Source of the DNA: Octopus sinensis
Lineage: Eukaryota
Length of the DNA: 64,000 nucleotides
Direction: 5' to 3'
Assembly (NCBI RefSeq): GCF_006345805.1
Contig: NC_043007.1
Location: 61,814,001 to 61,878,000 of the forward strand
Below, one piece after another: positions 26,902-39,258 of this stretch (its first letter is position 1; each line of letters opens with the position of its first letter). Position numbers and translations under genes: made by a program. The notes below the pieces were generated by a model that ran no database searches, had not been told where the DNA came from, and saw only the letters and a program-made list of their open reading frames with translations.

Positions 26902-27049
26902 TTTTCTGCTCTAGGTACAAGGCTCGAAATTTTGGGGGAGGGGTTCAGTCGATTAGATCGACCCCAGTACTCAGCTGGTACTTAATTTATCGACCCTGAA
27001 ATGATGAAATGTAAAGTCGACCTCGGCGGAATTTGAACTCAGAACGTAA
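26902..27049 (-). mobile_element. 5'-truncated family-1 SINE with a 17-bp target-site duplication
   Basis: agagcttttataatttc occurs at both 26885-26901 and 27050-27066, flanking a core and tail. Confidence 0.85.
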
Positions 27050-27258
27050 AGAGCTTTTATAATTTCGCCAGAAAGTCCTAGAACGTTTCATGGGGCCTTT
27101 AAGTGCGAAAATTAAACTAATTTTTCGGCTGTTACTGCCAGTCAAAAACTGACACCGAAGACATTTCGCTGGGAGAATATGCCAGCTGGCATTATAACAA
27201 ATTTGAAGAATATAGTCAAAATATATGGTGAATATTACCTACTATAGTAATATATTTA

Positions 27259-27468
27259 TAAGGCGGTGAGCTGGCAGAATCGTTGGCACGCCGGGCAAAA
27301 TGCTTAGTGCCATTTCGTCTGTCTTTACGTTCTGATTTCAAATTCCACCGGGGTTGATTTTCAGAGCCGATAAAATAAGTACCAGTTGGCACTGGGATCG
27401 ATGTAATCGAATCGACTTGCCAGCTTCCTCAAAATTCCCGGCCTGGTGCCAAAATTGGAAACCGATCT
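27259..27468 (+). mobile_element. Family-1 SINE, near full length, tail B
   Basis: aaggcggtgagctggcagaatcgttggcacgccgggc...ggcctggtgccaaaattggaaacc. Confidence 0.85.
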
Positions 27469-27986
27469 ATTTCAATAGTTTTAACTTAACATTCTAGGTT
27501 CTAACTCGAGGAAGGCTATTTGCTGTAAATTAAAAATTTGCAGCAAACACATATCTATATTATCACATTTTATCATACCCACATATAACTACAGATTTCA
27601 ACCGAGTCATATCTTCAAACAGATAGTTAACCATGGTTACCAGGTAATTCCATTTCTGCAAAAGTAATTATTTTAAACTGCTGACCTAGAATTTTCAAAG
27701 GAATATCTTGAAAAAAATATTGGAGACTTCGAAATATTTCCCCCCAAATTAGTTTAACATCTTCATATTCCTGTGAGTGTTCTCGGACACGCACACGTAC
27801 GCAGACTCACGCGTACTTTTACCTTGTATCATTCATTCTCTGCTTCCCCCACTCACTGAAACTTTTCTATGAAACCGTTGAGAATGTTGAATATAAAATA
27901 TATCTAAATGCTGACTTAGAGAAGTGTGCGTGTTGGTATGTTTATAATACATACATACATACATACATACATGTATGTATGTATGT

Positions 27987-28640
27987 ATGAGGGTCGGCAG
28001 AAGGTTCCAGTGCTCAGATCTCATTGGGGAAGAAACTTTCATTTTGTTGGTCAAAAAATTCATCAGCAGCAGATATGACAACATCACTACTGCAACACCG
28101 GTTCCCAGCCAAGTGGATTTTTTTTTCCTGTTGGCGAACAGATGATAGTCAGATGGGGCCAAATCACGAGAAGAGGGAGAATGATCAACCATTTCAAAGC
28201 TAGTCATGCAGGGCAAGCACTGAAACCAAGGACTTGTGTGGTGGAGCATTGTCCTGATGAGACAAGACCGCTTTCGACAGTTTTTCTGAGCATTTGATCT
28301 TGATAGCCTTTCATAACTACCTCAGCAAGTTGGCATAGTACTCCCCATTGATGATGTGACCTTTTTGAAGATCCTCGGCGGTGGCAATTACAGGACCTCC
28401 GGACCTCGGGTCATCTTCAAGACTCTTCCTTTCCCTCCTAAATTCAGCTGGCTACTTTTACGCTGTTGATAAAGCTGGAGCGTCACTCTCTAATGTAGCT
28501 ACCATGTCAGTATGAATGTCTTTGTGGACTAAACAGTACTTGATAACACCGCGATGCCAAATTTTGTATTTTAACTGGTTCTTATACTATCCGGTCGGCT
28601 ACTTACTATCCGGCCAATTATTTACTATCCGGTCAGTTAC
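27987..28640 (-). mobile_element. Internally deleted mariner transposase relic
   Basis: The minus strand reads WHRGVIKY...KDIHTDMVATL..DAPALST...SLEDDPRSG (N-terminal HTH). It then jumps to LQKGHIINGEYYANLLR...VLSHQDNAPPHT...VDHSPSSRDLAPSDYHLF (second catalytic D and the YSPDLAPSD-like motif). Confidence 0.88.
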
Positions 28641-28866
28641 TACATAAAGGACTAAAAAAATGTTTATACTATCAAATTTTAAAATGTGAATCGATGAGGG
28701 TTATAAATATAAATATGCATCGGCTAACTTACTTAACTACAACAAACGTATGCATTAAATGCATTCTAAATATTAATATTTGATTTTATGATTATTCCGA
28801 TCCGATGTGTGTGTGTGTATGTTTGTGTGCGCACACTTTACACATTCTCTCTCTTTCTCTCACTCA

Positions 28867-28897
<31 letters not shown>

Positions 28898-28919
28898 ACA
28901 CCCACACGCACACACGCAC

Positions 28920-29330
28920 ACACGCAGGAAGGAATTCCAACTACGTTTCGTGGTTCGCTACCTCAACAGCTTCTTTATAGGATCGAGTGGCTAAAGACAT
29001 CATCAGGAGGAACCACGTCCGGTTTCGGTCCCTACTCCTCTACCGTTTTCGACGTGGCGGCCCCTTTCTTTCGCTCTGGCGTTGAGTGCGTTTCTGTTTT
29101 CTCCTTTTTTTTCTTTTTTTCTTTGGTTTCTTCGATACAGCGTCAACAAATGTCAGCGGGCGACTGACAATCCTGCCAAATTTCCCTTTGAATACTCGCT
29201 ATAAGCTCCAGCAGAAAGCACCAGCTGTCACGTGACACTGTCAAAGCTTCAACTGACCAATGGAGGGGAAGGGCGCGTAGTTTTAGCCCGCGCCTTCTCT
29301 AAACCTGCCTTCCAACAATTTAGGAATTAA
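28920..29330. promoter_or_regulatory. CpG-rich promoter- or enhancer-like patch with an E-box palindrome and a CCAAT box
   Basis: Locally high CpG content in an otherwise AT-rich window. tgtcacgtgaca is a 12-bp palindrome (29226-29237), with cagctg overlapping it and ccaat at 29257. No resemblance to the repeats elsewhere in the window. Confidence 0.4.
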
Positions 29331-30060
29331 TTCTTCATTTATGAAGTTTCTCGCTCATGTCGACTACCATTATTACAATCACCACCACTACCACAACCAC
29401 CACTTACATAATCCTCACCCCCACACACACCACCACCACTACCACCACCACCGCATCCACCAGATAACAACCCGACACAACCACCATCAATTCCACCACT
29501 ACCACCTTCATCACATCCATTATAACAACTATCAACACTGCCTACATAGCAACCATCACCATCCTCCCACAACTACTGCCGCTGCCGCCGACATGTCCGC
29601 CCTTACAACTATCGTTGCCGCTTCAAGAACACCAAGCATTCCTTATCAGTTGGCACGTGTCTTGCTTTAAGCTCTAAATATAAAGCCTGCCTTTGACCTT
29701 TCGCTCTGTTTCCTTCATAAAAACGCTGTCAAAGCACCTATTTCACGTTAATCTAATGTATCTAGGTGTTGTTTTGCCTGAAATCATCCCCCAACCTACT
29801 GAGCTAAGATCAAAAAGTTTTCCAGCCGAAATCATTCCGTCTTCTAGTTTAACTTTTATTTTTTTTTTTCTAGATTATATCATGCAATATACCTTTTCTG
29901 TTTTTAACTCCTTTGATACCATTTCGCTCAAGACTGCTCCCGGTTCTATGATTCAAAATTCATACTCTAAAAGGATGTAAATTGAACAAGTTGATCTATG
30001 TTCCAAACGCCAGCTTTTATATATATATATTTTTTTTTATCTATATTTTTTTCTTCATAG

Positions 30061-30262
30061 TTTACTTGTTTCATTCATTAGACTGCGGCTATGCTGGGGC
30101 ACCGCCTTGAAGAATTTTTAGTTGAATGAATCGTCCCCAGTACTTATATCCTTTTTTGAGACTTGATACTTATTCTATCGTTCTCGTTTACCGAACCGCT
30201 AAGTTATTGGGACCTAAACACACCGTCAAGCGGTGGCAGGGGACAAATTCTGACACAAAGGT

Positions 30263-30305
<43 letters not shown>

Positions 30306-30480
30306 TACACACGCACAAACATAACTGTTGGGCTTCTTTCAGTTTCTGTCTACCAAATACACTCACAAGACTGATCTGCTCGAGCCTATAATAGTAGACA
30401 TTTGCTTAAGATGTCACGCAGTGGGACTGAACTAGGGACCATAATGTTGGGAAGTAAACTTCTTACCACACAGCCACACC
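30061..30480 (-). mobile_element. Family-2 SINE, full length, diverged
   Basis: Reverse complement of the tail (tttacttgtttc...gactgcggctatgctggggcaccgcc) through to the head (cttaccacacagccacacc). Confidence 0.85.
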
Positions 30481-30544
30481 AGCAGCTATGTATATGTATA
30501 TATACATATATGTGTGTGTGTGTGTGTTTATGTAATTCTCCCTA

Positions 30545-30750
30545 AATTTTGACACAAGGCTAGCATTTTAAGGTGAGGGGTAAGTGGATTATGTCGATTC
30601 CAGTACATGACTAATACTTAATCTATTGACTTTGAAAAATGAAATGCAAAATCGATCTCGGGGGAATTTGAGATCAGAATGTAGGAAGCTTGAAGAAAAG
30701 CCGTTACACATTTTGTCCGACGAGCCAACGATCCTACCAACTCACTGCCT
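30545..30750 (-). mobile_element. Degenerate family-1 SINE
   Basis: aaattttgacacaaggctagc...gtcgattccagtac...aaatgcaaaatcgatctcg...aacgatcctaccaactcac. Confidence 0.65.
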
Positions 30751-31164
30751 TAACACTAGCTTTAAGCAATGACAAGATAATTTCACTAAATACTTCATTA
30801 ATTTCAAAATTAATTGAAACCAAGACTATTATTTCAGCAGAAACATGGAAAAAATCTGCTAACACGGTGAATTGAAAGAGATTCAGTTGTTATACCAAGT
30901 GAATCGACCAACTACATAGAGACTGATTCGTAGGTTAGAGTGTTTATCTGATTAAGTGAAGAGGCTGGGTGAGAGTGAGGTTAGATTAGTTTGCTTCTGG
31001 GAATAGAACATTGGCTCTCAAGATCTCCTTCACTTACCTCATGGACCTGAGGAACGAGGAGGGAATTCAACATCTTGATATCTATCATTCTACCGGCAGG
31101 GTTCCATCCTTTTCAACAGACTGAACCGTCCAACCATGCTGTCAACATTACACACAAATCGAAG

Positions 31165-31650
31165 TATCGTTACAGTGAAGAAAGAAAGGTTTTGCTGCAT
31201 TTCTACCGTTCTGAGTTAAATTTGCCTTTTATCCTTTCGCGCTCCCTTTTCAACTTACTCAGTCGAGCATTCATAACGCTAACATTATAAGGCGATATTT
31301 TACGTCCTCAGTTCAAGTACCGTTGAGGTCGACTTCATCCTTTCGGGGTCAATAAAATAAGTACCAGTTGAGCACTGGGGTCGATGTAATCGACTAGACC
31401 ACTTTTCCGAACTTGCTGGCCTCGTGCCGCAATTTCAAACGATGCGACGTCCAAGATTCGTTATTGTGTCGGAATAAATACGTTGTGGTATTTATTCGAG
31501 TACTTTACGCTCTGAGTTCAAATCCCTCTGAGACCAACTCTGTCTTCCCTCCTTTCCGGGCCGATTAAATAAAGTAACAGTCAAGAAATGGGGTCGAGGG
31601 TACTGACTAACACTTCTCCTAAAGACTGCTGGCTTTGTGCCCAAATCAGA
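31165..31650 (+). mobile_element. Cluster of three partial family-1 SINEs
   Basis: Cores at ~31205-31235, 31305-31440 (catcctttcggggtcaataaaataagtaccagttgagcactggggtcgatgtaatcgac) and 31505-31650. Confidence 0.7.
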
Positions 31651-31769
31651 AATCATTATTTAAAATATACAGACATAAATGGTTTGTTTTCTTTTATTTG
31701 AATCTTAAGTCTAACGCCAAGAATTTATTTTCAACACAGAGAGAAAAAGAGAGAGACAGAGGCAGAGAA

Positions 31770-31842
<73 letters not shown>

Positions 31843-31926
31843 AAGAGAGATCTGCAGAGCGCAGAAACATTATACAAAACATTATAGCCATGCACACATT
31901 ATCATACAGCACCTACATATTTATAT

Positions 31927-31962
<36 letters not shown>

Positions 31963-32612
31963 CACACACACACACCACACACACACACGCACATGTACGC
32001 ACACGCATAAATTTTCATGCACGCAGATATGCCTACTTTTACACACAGACATATACATTTACATGCACAGGTACACATACTTAAATACACCCATACCTAT
32101 ACTCAAATACACACACATACATATACTGTAAATGCTCTCATAATTCAAAAAGAGAAAATAGCAAATGACTTAACTCCTTCGGTTTGTGGAACGCAATCCA
32201 AGAATTTTTTCCTCTGATAAATGATGCGTGGTACAAATACACGTACACATAAAAATTTATCTTCTTATTTAAAATAATTGTGAACTAATAAACACACACA
32301 CACATACAGAGTGTGTATGTGCTTCTGTGTCTATGTGTCTGTCTGTCTGCACACCTGCAGAAAATTACTTGCGTACCCAGCAAATAATCGTAAAACTCGG
32401 AGTAGCAACAGACTGTTATGTAAGCGCCATATGTGTATCTATGCACGTATCTGTGTGTGTGTTTATTATACCAATAGTTTATAGGCTTCTCTGAGTTTCA
32501 TTCCAGGCTGGGCTGTTCACCACATATGCTATACGATGTATGTATGTTCTCTCTCTTTCTCTCTCATCGTATGTATGTTTATGTGCATGTGCGTATATAT
32601 ACGTATATATGT

Positions 32613-32735
32613 GGAGGCGCGTGGCTTAGTGGTTAGAGTGTTGCTCTTATGATCGTAAGGTTGTCCTTTCAGTTTCTGAACTGGGCTATGAGTTGTGCTT
32701 TGCTAAAGTTCACTCAGCTAGCTAAAATACTTAAT
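32613..32735 (+). mobile_element. tRNA-headed SINE (family 3), degenerate
   Basis: ggaggcgcgtggcttagtggttagagtgttgctcttatgatcgtaagg head, shared with 45144 and the 61935 minus-strand copy. Confidence 0.65.
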
Positions 32736-32857
32736 CCTGCAACGACTCGATATCCCATCAAGCAGGGGTGATAAATACACCACAGAATCAGAGAAATCGG
32801 TTACATAATCCTATGGATTATGACGACCTTTGATCCTTTTGATACGCGTAATATAGT

Positions 32858-32945
<88 letters not shown>

Positions 32946-33615
32946 GTAAATGCGGAACTCTGTCCGTTCGTCCGGGATCCCTGTATCTCAGTCTACATTA
33001 TTGGGATCAGGATGATCCCGGCATTGAAAATCTGCCCTTCATTTGCTTCTTGAACATCCAGCATTAGGATCAGGTCTGGATAAGGATTTGTTATATGTTA
33101 ATAGTTGAGAATTCAAATTTTAAATGAACTCCAAAACTTTGTGAACTTACAAGTTTTTCATTTAAACTGAATTTAAAGTAATACCAAAATATTTTCAATT
33201 CAGTTGATTTTCTCTCTCTCGTTGCTCACAGGTGACCATCGTCCATCTTTCTTTTCCTCACGTGGCCTTTTCCTGCACGGACGTTCAAAGGACTGGACGA
33301 TTTCTTTCTCTCTCTTCAAAGAAAATATTTCTCTCAGCGTTCACTATGTTCCTTTCGTTCTGGTCTAACCTTGTTTGTTTTCGTTCGGTTTCCTTGTATG
33401 TCTCCACAGTCCTGTTTTTGTTCCCAACTTTTTGTTCCGTCCATAAATCTAAAATTTTATTTTAGAATTTACTTGTCCTGTTTTCCATTTTTTCTCTCGT
33501 TGTTTGCGGATTTAACTCGTTTGTTTTCGTATTTCATATTGTTTACACAATTAGTGACGTCCTGTACCCACATATGTACACACACACACATATATATATA
33601 TATACATACACACAC

Positions 33616-33684
<69 letters not shown>

Positions 33685-35483
33685 ATAATATATATATATA
33701 AAGATATATATGTATGTATGTATATATACACACACACAAACTCACAGATATACACTCTACACGCATTTGCGTTAGCGATATATTTGTCAGTATTTCAACT
33801 GTGCGAACAAAGTATAAGAGCACTGAAGCCAGTTTGTATTTCCTTACTTCTATCCCATACCCGAATGCAATCATTGGGTGGAGTTGGGTGTTGGAGCATG
33901 CTGTGAAAATTCTGTTACAATGATAATAGTGTGACGTGATACAGACTTCCATTTGGCTTCATCCGGTTGCTAAGTAGTTAACATATTGTTGAGGATGATT
34001 GACATCTAACAACTTAATCTAATTCAAGTGTTCTATTATAGCTTCAAAGGGGAAAATATTTTTATGGTGATCAACTCGTTGTTCCGTTTAACCTGTTGTT
34101 TCAGTTAATATTTGGAATTGTTTCTAATTACAGAAGTTGCAGAATGGTTTTTCAGGTTATATATAATCTGATGTTGTGTTCAAGGTGACCATAATATTAT
34201 AAAATTAGCACATTACTTTTTCTTTTAGTTTCATACTTAATTTGGTTGAGGTAAGGTTCCGTTTCACTAGCGCAGTTAATTACTTGATTTTTGATTCTTG
34301 AAATATCTCTTAAAATGTTCTTCACACATGGCAGTATATGATTTGGTGGCTTTCAAACTTTGATGGAGAGAAGACACATCTGCTTGGCATACTTTCACTT
34401 TGGTATTGCATTTGCGATTAAAGTGTAAGTGGTCATCTCAGTAGTATTTGTGGTTTTTTGCCTTTGTTGCCGGAAGTAAATCCTTTTATGTGAAAATAGG
34501 TGCAGTGACGCTAATTACATTCTGTGGGTACTATTTGTAAGTTTAGTACATGAAGTGGTTACTATTAATTGGTTTATGCAGTTTGTCATCAGCGTATAAT
34601 TATTTTAAAATCAAATTTAGAAACATATACGGAGTTTAATGCCGTAATGCTTGGCATGTAATCCGCTTCTCTCTATTGTTCCTGTCAATTATAGAATCTC
34701 TAAACGATCATTCAATTTTCTTGAAATAACTATGCCGGATCGCCTTCATATCACACACTACTGTCTTTAAAATCGACGAAGACACTGGACAGTGTAGTCT
34801 TAGATACACTATATTTTAGATACACTACCTCGTCCTTTTTTTAAAACAAAGACGAGATAGTCACGGCATTTTTTCATAGGTCTACCTGCTCAGAGCTAAC
34901 AGGAAGCTAAAAACAATAATTCATCGCTATCTTTACATTCATGTTAGTAGTAAAATTTGGTTTCTTTCAAAGCTCAGTTGGAAAGAGGCACATTTCCATG
35001 CATATACTAGAAAAGATTTACAAAACTACATAGGGGAAAAAAGTTTTCAAATGTGCAAAAAATGTTCAATCATATCGATATGACTTATCAGCTAAAAATC
35101 TTTGATTGGAAAGTTTTGATAAAAACATACTAAACTACTACAACAGACGCAGCAGGGCTGAAATCAGTCAAGTATTGAGATTTTTTCAATCATATACCAA
35201 AAAGATAAAAAATACTATTCACATTAAAACGGTATCCAGTTTAGCGGAAATTTTCCTTTCAAAACACACCTAGACGTTAATCTATATTCCATTCATTTTT
35301 GCAACCTTTCTTTATCCTTCTACTTCTCATACCCCTTCTTTCAAACGTCCTACCTATTTCCTTCAGTCAGTCAGTCAGTCAGTCGCTCACTCACTCACTC
35401 ACTCACTCACTCTCTCTTTATCTCTTTCTCACACTCTCTCTCTTTATCTCTCTCTCACACTCACACACTCTCATTTTCCTTTG

Positions 35484-35516
<33 letters not shown>

Positions 35517-35726
35517 GTTCATATATATAATTTCTTTCTTTGTACGCCTATGTCTGTCTGCCTCTCTCTCTCTTTCTCTCTCTTTCTCTCTCTCTTTCCT
35601 CTCTCTCTCTCTTTCTCTCTCTCTCTTTCCCTCTCTCTTTCTCTCTCTCTTTCTCTCTCTCTCTATATATATACGTGTGTGAGAGTGTGTGTGAGTGTGT
35701 GTGTTTATCTATGTATCTGTATGTAT

Positions 35727-35771
<45 letters not shown>

Positions 35772-35789
35772 ATGTATGTGTATTGTAAA

Positions 35790-36197
35790 ACTTTCGAGAA
35801 GTTTGCCGTGAGCATAAATCGCTGCCAGTGTGAAACGTGTGGCCGTGTACTCCTTTCCAAGGCTGGGTATGCCAATCATTTGAAGCCAATGGAAGATCAA
35901 CTATATGTAGCGTCCTTCTTCCGAGACCGGGTGATTCGACGTGTGTAGTGTGTGAGAGAGCTTGGTAGTTGATTTCAGGTCTGAAGAGATATATGGTGGT
36001 TCACAGAGATCGAATCTCACAAAGTGATACGATTAATTCAGTGGGAGTCACAACTGCCATCTGTTACCTATGCTTCAAATCATGCAGATCTGCAGCGGGA
36101 CTGAATAGTCATATGAAAAGTCATACATGGTAGACTAGAAATGCCATTGACAACGGAGGGCAATCATTTGTGAAGATGGAACAATCACCATGTATGT
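35790..36197 (+). mobile_element. 3' end of a probable RTE-like LINE encoding three degraded C2H2 zinc fingers, with a short (TGTA)n tail
   Basis: CETCGRVLLSKAGYANHLK, CVVCERAW*LISGLKRYMVVH and CHL...KSCRSAAGLNSHMKSHTW*, then a short UTR ggaggcaatcatttgtgaagatggaacaatcacc and atgtatgtat. The RTE assignment is an inference from the CGR..S..G..NH finger style and the tail. Confidence 0.55.
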
Positions 36198-38053
36198 ATC
36201 GTCTTGTTCAATCATTTTGCACCAATTTTTTCTCTATTTCAAGTTTTCAACTTTTCCTTTTCACCTTTACTCACAAAATTATTTTGTTTCAATATGCTGA
36301 TGACTGCGTTCTTTGGATTTCTTCCGTCTAGAAACTACCTAGAAATAATTTAAAGATTTCAAATACTGTTAAGTTACCTGATTTTCGAGGAGTGTTTTGG
36401 CATCAGAAGGTAAAAAGAAAAAAATAGAAAAGAGCTAAAGAGAGTGTGAGATAGAATGAGAGAACCATTCTATTTTTATCAGTGTTATTTTTTTACTATT
36501 ATCTTCGAGCTTCTTTTAGATATTACGTCCATAGCAGACTTTAAGAATCTCACCTGATAAACCTGACTAACTTAAGAATAACTCACAGCTTTGTTTTACA
36601 GCAAATATTTAAGGCAGTTGCATGAAAATCTATTCTACATATAACATCACAACCCACAGAAGTATTGAGCCAAACTTGGTTGTACGTATATAAATACCTT
36701 TATAGTGATGATATCTATAATGATTGCTGGACATTTTAAAAGATTGTGAATACTTGCACGGTATTACGAAACAATTTTTATCTTCTACTGAGAGATAAAA
36801 ATAAAGAACTTTAAAATATTGTACAATCATTAGACACGAATTCTTTAGTTGAGCGGGGTGGATTTCGGCACTGGGAGCTAAATTCCATTTTGCTAGTTGG
36901 ATTATTTTTTGCAATTTCCAACAATTATATATTTATGTTTTCTTTATCGTTTTAATGGCTATAAACAACGCATTTATCTTGATCAAAAGGAAAGACGATC
37001 CTATTCTTCTCAAGAAAATTATCTAATTATATTTTTAAATTTAATATTTCTTTGTCTACGTCTTCTCCTTTGTCTAGTCTTCTCCTTTGTCTAGTCTACG
37101 TCTTAATGTTTACATTTTAAACAAGACTGTTTTACCGAAAGCTTCTAAGAGTTTTAATTTTTGTCCAACAGATAAATTCTTAAAGCAAAATTAGTCATTT
37201 AAGAATTAAGCAAGATTTTCAAAGTGTAAAAATGTTTACTAGAAAATACTAAACGGCCTATTGAGTGTTAAATTTGACTGTACTGTTGTTAACTCCTAAA
37301 TTAACCTGGATCGAGCAAATCTATTGTCAAAAGCTGTCTAGCTTCTGACAACTGCATTTCTTCTTTTCTGGCAATATCTCTAATTAGAAGTTCCCTCAAA
37401 AAAAAAAAAATATATATATATTGCAGCCTACAATAACATCGTACTAGAAAACTGACAAAACTTTTAACTTATAAAGAAATTTATTTGTGTAGAGGGATCT
37501 TTAACTAACTGGTAGAACGGAATATCTTGCTTGTGGAAGTTTTCTGATTGTCTCCAAATATAAATAAAACTAGAGACTAACGCCACACGGTCTTCTATGG
37601 GAAAACATATTGAAATAGCTTCTCGTATTCTTCTCCAGATGGTCATTAAGTATAAAAAAGTATAAAATTAATTGGGTCCAGAGATATGTATATATGATAG
37701 TATGACATCACGATATCCGAGACAAACAACCCAAGGGATATCAACTACATGAAAGATAAACAATAAAGTATGAACTAACACAAATAACTTTGCGAGTAAC
37801 TTTAATTTATCAAAACTGTGCTGCTATCAAGGGCAAGTAAATATTGTTAAACAATGATTAAATCAGCAAAAACAAAAATAGGTGGTCATAATGACTCAGA
37901 AGTGATAAGATGCATATTGAAATAGTTTCACGCATTAGAATAGCTGGTTCATCAAAAGTTTATCACGAAATAATGACAAGGCCCTCACAAACATATGAGT
38001 TCTTTCGACAAAGTCAAAAATCATTTAATATAATAATAATAATAATAATAATA

Positions 38054-38091
<38 letters not shown>

Positions 38092-38094
38092 GGT

Positions 38095-38435
38095 TGCCCT
38101 GATGCAGTACCAGGTAGTGGCTCTCATGGCTTCTGATCTAAACTGATTGGAAGTGTTATCATGTACATTCTTTTGTCTTGGTATAAAAGATGGGTTACAG
38201 CAAATATTCTGCTCAATACCATAGATTTGCTTGTCAGTTGTTTGACCTTAATCAGTTGAGCGTGTCCTTTAGTGGCTGTTTATCTTGATATGAGATCACC
38301 ATGTCAGGCACATATAGTTGTGATGCATGTACCAGGTGTACCCTTATCAGACAGGTAGTCATGATGAGTATACTGGGCTTTGTATATTTTACCCCAGTGT
38401 CACTTTGATGGTATGCACTGCTCTCTTACTCAATA

Positions 38436-38487
<52 letters not shown>

Positions 38488-38962
38488 GTCTGGGTATAAA
38501 AGATGGGCTACAGCAAATATTCTGCTCAATACCACAGATTTGCTTGTCAGTTGCTTGACCATAACCAGTTGAGCATGCCCCTTAGTGGCTGACGATATAT
38601 GCATCTCTGATCATGAGCAGAAGTAGTGGGGGAGCATCATAGCCATGTGTTGAGAGGAATTCTTTGGGGTTTGAATAATTCACCTCTGGAAACATGAGTG
38701 GTTTTTTCAACATCCTTAAACAACCCTTATTCAGGGACCGTGTGAGCGGGATGGGCTACTCAACCTGGAGAAAATTCTAACTGGGCCCCACCTGCAAGGT
38801 CATGTGCTGTTTATCTTTTTATGAGATCACCATGTCGCGCACATATGGTTGTGATGCATGTGCCTGGTGTACCCTTATCAGACGGGTAGTCATGATGGGT
38901 ATACTGGGCTTTGTATATTTTACCCCAGTGTCACTTTGATGGCATGCACTGCTCTCTCACTC
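38095..38962 (+). mobile_element. Two tandem copies of the 556-bp (AAT)n element: one internally deleted (38095-38431), one 5'-truncated (38486-38962)
   Basis: Direct match to 7125-7680; (AAT)n tracts at 38026-38090, 38432-38482 and 38963-38977. Confidence 0.88.
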
Positions 38963-38994
38963 AATAATAATAATAATTTCTCTTGTTGGTCACA

Positions 38995-39097
38995 AGAGGA
39001 ATGTGTTTAAAATAAATGTAAACGTTTTTATTTTGTCTTCAATAGTATATTGAACACAAAATAAACACGTTTACATTTATTTTAAACACATTCCTCT
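38995..39097. repeat. 103-bp near-perfect palindrome (50-bp arms, 48/50 paired, 3-nt loop)
   Basis: agaggaatgtgtttaaaataaatgtaaacgt (38995-39025) is the exact reverse complement of 39067-39097. The inner 19-bp arms have 2 mismatches. Confidence 0.9.
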
Positions 39098-39258
39098 ATA
39101 CTAGTCTCCATGTGCTTTTACACACAAAGCTTATAGAGAGAATTGTAAAACAGACAAAATAACAGCGAATACCTTTTACATTCTGGTTAAGTGAATGTAC
39201 TCCTGATACATACATACATACATACATACATACATACATACATACATACATACATACA

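Noticed and set aside
29341-29670. His-rich ORF (109 aa)
   Set aside because: It arises from degenerate (CAC/CAT/AAC)n low-complexity sequence and is equally low-complexity in other frames; there is no domain or splice support.
35960-36060. Hammerhead-like ctgaaga-gat…atc-gaa motif
   Set aside because: The core GAAA is GAAT and stems I and III are poor. The same bases encode the zinc finger GLKRYMVVH, which explains them.
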